In this document: one piece after another, positions 56,626 through 64,000 of the stretch
Numbering within the stretch: position 1 is the stretch's first letter
How the letters are laid out: each line of letters starts with the position of its first letter
Notes under the pieces: model-generated
Database searches by the model: none
Told to the model about the DNA's origin: nothing
Seen by the model: only the letters and a program-made list of their open reading frames with translations
Source: the human T2T-CHM13v2.0 reference genome, Homo sapiens
Assembly (NCBI RefSeq): GCF_009914755.1
Contig: NC_060929.1
Length of the DNA: 64,000 bases
Strand: one strand, 5' to 3'
Translations under genes and position numbers: made by a program

Positions 56626-56860
56626 CAGATACTCCTCAACCTACAATGGGATTACATCCAATAAACCCACTGTAAATTAAAAATATCCTAAGTTGGAAAA
56701 GTACTTTGGACTTACACATACTTTCAATTTAAGTTAAGTCATAACTTAAATTGAAGTTAAGTCATAAACTAAGGAGTACACTTAATGCGCATTGCTTCCA
56801 CAACATTGTAAAGTCAAAATATCATAGGTTGAATTATCATTAAGTCAGGAATACCTATAT
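56626..56860. mobile_element. MER47/Tigger5-like DNA transposon relic
   Basis: cagatactcctcaacctacaatgggattacatccaataaaccc...tgtaaagtcaaaatatc...taagtcagga. Confidence 0.75.
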
Positions 56861-58602
56861 AGTAAATATTACACATAATTATCCAAAAACACATGCAGCA
56901 GGCATTTAGAATCAATACTGTATTTGACATTTATGTTCTCATAAAAGTCTTCTAAATATAATTCTGTCTTCCATTTAGCACCATCAGTCCTGAAGGTGGG
57001 CCAGAGGGAAATCTGACAGTAATTTAGTGGCCTATCTAGCACACTTTGCAACAGCTAAATTGAAGGTCAGAATACAGCATAATAAAAAAAGAACTCTGAT
57101 CAGAAATTAGTTCATTTAAGTTCTAAATTCAGTAATATCACCAACTTATTATAGAACTGGGTGAGTCATTAGATTTTTATACATGGAATGTCTTCTGGGA
57201 AATCCATGCCAACATTATCAATTGCAGGCGAAATTTGAAAGTAAGGCCAGAGAAGTTAACACACAATCTAACACCACACAGCTTGCTTGACCGCCTGTGA
57301 CTCCAGTTTCCTCATTTATCTATCTGTTCATTCATTAAGAACACTTGTTGAATTCCAACAATTGCAATTCATCAAGAATAAGACAATATCAGTACTTTGG
57401 ATGAATTCACAATCTAGTGAGGGAGACAGAATTGTAAACAGATAATGACAATACAATTAAATCATTCACCCAATAGATGAACAAATGGCTACTGTGGAAG
57501 ATTTTGGCAATTTCCCTACTGAAGCCTGAATTCCTATCCACCCTGATGCTTTTCCTTTTGAAAAAACACAGATAGGATTATTAGACTGCTCATTAGCTAT
57601 TATTCTCTAAGCAAAGTCACTAAAATTGCAGTAAATTTTCTCAGAAAATGGCTCATGCATATTCAACAAAGGGATAGAACAGTATTATCAAAATATCCTT
57701 TACCTGAAGTCTTTGTTTAGGAATCCATGCATACTTTTTCTATTTCTATCAAAGTATTAAATAGAAAACTTCCCCCTCAACATCCAATACCATGTAATGG
57801 CATGGTGATTGGAGAGACCCATGGATCCACATTTCTGCCATGAAGAAAATAACTTAAGAAGTCAGAAACCCACTCTACCCCCACTGTGAAAGAGTAGCCC
57901 AGTTAGCCCTGCAGAGTTTCACCATTCAGCAAGGCACTCCTTCTCTAAGGCAGCCACATAGTTCTAGGGCCCAGGATAGTTCAGGCAGTGGAAAATACTT
58001 TGATATTACTTGGCATAGGTTCCCATTGCTTAGAATTTCTGGTTCATTGAAATGAGAAGATTTAAGGTATAGTCTATCACAGAGAAGAGAGACAACCTCA
58101 GTATTCTGCAGACCAGAAAACAGTGGCACAGAAGCAGTGTGATGCTCTCTCTTCAGAAGGCATAAGGAGAGAGCAAATGAGAGGTCCACTAGGCTGGAAG
58201 TAAAGCAGTGAAGGAGAGGCTGTCAGCTAAGCTTCAGCAGTTCTGGGAGGGGGGCAGTGTGAGAATGCTATGAACAGAAGTCACGGGTCACCCAGAGTAG
58301 GAAACTATAGGACTGCTAGCAGAAACATTAGGAAACTGTGCCGTATTGGATATGCAGAGCCCAGAAATTAAACCCAAATCAAGCCCATTTTGTAGTCAGA
58401 GAAACAATTACCTCCTAGGCCACCTTCAAGGAGCAAAAAAGAATAGATAAATCAAGTAACTACCTCTGATTATTGATACTCACCACCCCCCCCAAAAAAT
58501 AGGGGCCCTCCCTAGTACGATAAAAAACAAAAGGCAGGGAGCAGCTAAAGGGGCTTCAGAAAGGAGTTACTGGTAGAAACAAAGAGTACATTTGCATAGC
58601 AG

Positions 58603-59535
58603 TGAGAGGTGACAACGTGCTAGCAGCGAGAGGTGACAATGTGCTAGCAGCCTTTGCTCACTCTCAGTGCCTCCTTGACCTTGGTGTCTCCTCTGGCCAT
58701 GCTCAAGGAGCCCTTCAGACCACCGCTGCGCTGTGGGGGCCCCTCTCTGGGGCTGGCCGAGGCTGGAGTCAGCTCCCTCTGCTCAGGGGGAGGTGTGGAG
58801 GGAAAGGTATGGACGGGAGCTGGGGTTGCACGGGCCAGCTCGGGTTCCAGGTGAGTGCGGACCCAGCAAGCCCCATACTCAGCACCGCCAGCCAAAGCCT
58901 GCTGGGCTTGATCGGGGGACGAGCTCTCTCTGGGCTGCTGGAGTGCCCAGGCTAGGTGCTGCAAAGTCCCTCCATGAGTACCAGTGAGAGGTGAAGCTGG
59001 CTAGGCTTCTGGGATGGGTGGGGACTTGGAGAACTTTTGTGTCTAGCTAAAGGATTATAAACGCACCAATCAGCACTCTGTGTCTAGCTAAAGGTTTATA
59101 AACGCACCAATCAGTACTCTGTCAAAATGGACCAATCAGCTCTCTGTAAAACTGACCAATCAGCAGGATGTGGGTGGGGCCAGATAAGGGAATAAAAGCA
59201 GGCCACCCGAGCTAGCAGTGAAAACCAGCTTGGGTCCCCTTCCACACTGCGGAAGCTTTCTTCTTTCACTCTTTGCAGTAAATCTTGCTGCTGCTCACTC
59301 TTTGGGTCCACACCACCTTTATGAGCTGTAACACTCACCATGAAGGTCTGCAGCTTCACTCCTGAAGTCAGCAAGACCACAAACCCACCAGAAGGAAGAA
59401 ATTCTGGACACATCTGAACATGTGAAGGAACAAACTCCGGATACATCATCTTTAAGAACTATAACACTCACCGTGAGGGTCCGCGGCTTCATTCTTGAAG
59501 TCAGCAAGACCAAGAACCCACCAATTCCAGACACA
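58603..59535 (+). mobile_element. LTR12 (ERV9 5' LTR)
   Basis: Starts TGAGAGGTGACAACGTGCT; GC-rich U3; caccaatcagc repeats; U5 repeats gcagcttcactcctgaag; ends ccaattccagacaca. Confidence 0.96.
59040..59200 (+). promoter_or_regulatory. LTR12 promoter: four CCAAT (NF-Y) boxes, a GATA site and the AATAAAA TATA-like box
   Basis: CCAAT at 59066, 59107, 59132 and 59156; AGATAA at 59182; AATAAAA at 59191. This is the known ERV9 LTR architecture. Confidence 0.8.
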
Positions 59536-59538
59536 TTT

Positions 59539-59556
59539 TGGTGACCCAGATGGGAC
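59539..59556 (+). other. Primer binding site for tRNA-Arg
   Basis: TGGTGACCCAGATGGGAC lies 3 nt after the LTR end; complementary, with one CpG-type mismatch, to the 3' end of tRNA-Arg(CCG) as I recall it (GTCCCATCTGGGTCGCCA). Confidence 0.85.
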
Positions 59557-60456
59557 TATTGCCTATTGCCAAGCAGTGAGATTATCATCTATCACCAAGC
59601 AGTGAGTACAACTGGACCCCTTTCACTTGCTATTCTGTACCATTTTTCCTTAGAATTTGGGGATTAAATATCAGGGACCTGTCGGCCAGTTAAAAGTGAC
59701 TAGTGTGGCCACACGACTAAAGACATGGGTGTCAGGCTTTCTGGGAAAGGGCTCTCTAACAACCCCTGGCTCTTTGGAGTTGGGAGCGTTGGTTTGCCTG
59801 GAACTAGCTTCCGCTTTTCCTGTACTTCCAGGCTGAGCCGAGGGTTGAGAGAGAGGAAAGCCATTCAGCACCAGGGTCTGACAACAAGTTCGTTGACCCT
59901 GTGGCCATGAGCGGAACTCTCAAAGGCATGTCGCCCAAGCAAGACTCACCCATCTATCCTATCTATCCTAACCCTTGCTCCCTGGTTCCTAACACCTGCC
60001 AGACAAACTTCCTCTCACCTCTCTTCTCCGAGGCTAGTCCTGCTTCTAAAAAACCACTCGCTGTCTCTGGTGCTTTTCTAGTTTCTCCTATAAGAATGAT
60101 TTCTAGTATAAACTTCAGGACTCTGTTACCTTCTTTTGGCACCTGGGCTCACCAATCAGAAAGACATAATTTTTGCCCAGAGCCCCATCATAGGAGGGAC
60201 CATCTGGAATTTTAGGATCCCTCCCCAGACTAGAAGGCCCAACAAAAGCTATTCCTGAAGCTAGGATATGAGGAGCCTCAGAAATTGTAGCCTTCCTATT
60301 CATATAAATGAGGACAAAAAGTGTCACTCTTCCAACCCTGGAGATCCCTTCCGTCCCTCATGGTATGGCCCTCCACTTCACTTTTGGGGCATAACACCTT
60401 TATAGGACATGGATAAACTCTCAATACTAACAGGAGAATGCTTAGGACTCTAACAG

Positions 60457-60860
60457 TTTTCAAGAATGCGTCAGTAAGGGCCACTAAATCCGATTTTTCT
60501 TGGTCCTCCTTGTGGTCTAGGAGGACAGGAAAGGGTGCAGGTTTTCAAGAATGCATTGGTAAGCACCACTAAATCCAATTTTTCTTGGTCCTCTTTGTGG
60601 TCTAGGAGGACAGGCAAGGGTGCAGGTTTTTGAGAATGCATCAGTAAGGGCCACTAAATCCAACCTTCCTCGGTCCTCCTTGTAGTCTGGGAGGAAAACT
60701 AGTGTTTCTGCTGTTGCGTTTGTGAGCACAACTACTCTGATCAGCAGGGTCCAGGGACTGTTGTGGGTTCTTGGGAAGGGGTTGTTTCTGCTGCTGCATC
60801 AGTGAGCACAACTATTCTGAACAGCAGGGTCCAGGGACCGTTGCGGGTTCTTGGGCAGGG
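60457..60860 (+). repeat. ERV9 leader tandem repeats: three 85-bp units (60457, 60542, 60627) and two ~80-bp units (~60703, ~60784)
   Basis: tttt(c/t)(a/g)agaatgc recurs at period 85; tgtttctgctg...gtgagcacaacta..ctga.cagcagggtccaggga occurs twice. Confidence 0.9.
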
Positions 60861-60905
60861 GGAGAAACAAAACAAACCAAAACTGTGGCTGGTTTTGTCT
60901 TTCAG

Positions 60906-62675
<1,770 letters not shown>

Positions 62676-63030
62676 GGGTGCCTGGGGCAAGTGTCAGCTC
62701 ATATCATCACTCTCACTGAGCCCCAGGTATGTTTAACCATTGAGGGCCAGGAAATTGACTTCCTCTTGGACACTAGCATTGCCTTCTCAGTGCTAATCTC
62801 CTGTCCTGGATGACTGTCCTCAAGGTCCATTACCATCTGAGGAATCCTGGGACAGCCTGTAACCAGGTATTTCTCCCACCTCCTCAGTTATAATTGGGAC
62901 TTTGCTCTTTTCACATGCCTTTCTTGTTATGCCTGAAAGTCCCACACCCTTATTAGGGAGGGACATATTAGCCAAAGCTGGAGCTATTATCTACATGAAT
63001 ATGGGGAACAAGTTGCCCATTTGTTGTCCC
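62676..63030 (+). pseudogene. pro: HERV9 protease, disrupted
   Basis: IDFLLDTSIAFSVL (active-site DTG altered to DTS at 62769-62777) and PTPLLGRDIL; in-frame stops. Confidence 0.88.
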
Positions 63031-64000
63031 TCTACTTGAAGAGGGAATCAACCCTGAAGTCTGGGCATTGGAAGGACAATTTGGAAGGACAAAAAATGCC
63101 CACCCACTCCAAATCAGGCTAAAAGACCCCACCATTTTTCCTTATCAAAGGAAATATCCCTTAAGGCCTGAAGCTCATAAAGGTTTACAGGATATTGTTA
63201 AACATTTAAAAGCTCAAGGCTTAGTAAGGAAATGCAGCAGTCCCTGCAACACCCCAATTCTAGGAGTACAAAAACCGAACCGTCAGTGGAGACTAGTGCA
63301 AGATCTTAGACTCATCAATGAGGCAGTAATTCCTCTATATCCAGTCATATCCAACCCCTATATCCTGCTCTCTCAAATACCAGAGGAAGCAGAATGGTTC
63401 ACTGTTCTGGACCTCAGGAATGTCTTCTTCTGTATTCCCCTGCACTCTGACTCCCAGTTTCTCTTTGCCTTTGAGGATCCCACAGACCACACATCCCAAA
63501 TTACATGGACGGTCTTGCCCCAAGGGTTTAGGGATAGCCCTCATCTGTTTGGTCAGGCATGGGTGCAAGATCTAGGCCACTCCTCAAGTCCAGGCACTCT
63601 GGTCCTTCAGTATGTGGATGACTTGCTTTTGGCTACCAGTTCAGAAGCCTCATGCCAGCAGGCTACTCTAGATCTCTTGAACTTTCTAGCTAATCAAGGG
63701 TACAAGTTGTCTAGGTCAAAGGCCCAGCTTTGCCTACAGCAGGTGAAATATCTAGGCCTAATCTTAGCCAGAGGGACCAGGGTCCTCAGAAAGGAATGAG
63801 TACAGCCTATACTGGCTTATCCTCACCCTAAGACATTAAAACAGTTGTGGGGGTTCCTTGGAATCACCAGCTCTTGACGACTATGGATCCCCGGATACAG
63901 CAAGATAGCCAGGACCTTCTATACTCTATTCAAGGAGACCCAGAGAGCAAATACTCATCTAGTAGAATGGGAGCCAGAGGCAGAAATAGCCTTCAAAACC
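63031..64000 (+). pseudogene. pol: HERV9 pol, reverse transcriptase region (open 63068-63799)
   Basis: WRLVQDLRLINE, FTVLDL, WTVLPQGFRDSP, QYVDDLLLA and VKYLG motifs; stop at 63797-63799. Confidence 0.95.

Noticed and set aside
58602-59534. GC-rich region with ORFs on both strands as a possible CpG-island gene
   Set aside because: Fully explained by LTR12; CpGs are largely decayed.

Overview
This is primate genomic DNA, probably human or great ape: it carries AluY-type and L1PA2-type copies and an ERV9 provirus. It is AT-rich, CpG-depleted and dominated by interspersed repeats, and I find no supportable host protein-coding exon. Main contents: three THE1 (MaLR) LTR-internal-LTR elements and two solo THE1 LTRs; about a dozen Alus; many L1, L2 and MIR fragments, including two 5'-inverted L1s and a deeply nested repeat stack at 29.7-40 kb; MLT1/MST LTRs; Tigger/MER DNA-transposon relics; a 33-bp minisatellite built from a 28-bp perfect palindrome; and, from 58603 to the window end, the 5' half of a decayed HERV9 provirus (LTR12, tRNA-Arg PBS, gag split by an Alu, pro, open RT core). 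I found no convincing new biological system. The best leads are a candidate L1 3'-transduction carrying the palindromic VNTR, a composite LTR12 with a duplicated terminus, a THE1 LTR with the CCTCCCT hotspot core, and two candidate regulatory elements. Subfamily calls are from memory of consensus sequences and need RepeatMasker/Dfam confirmation.
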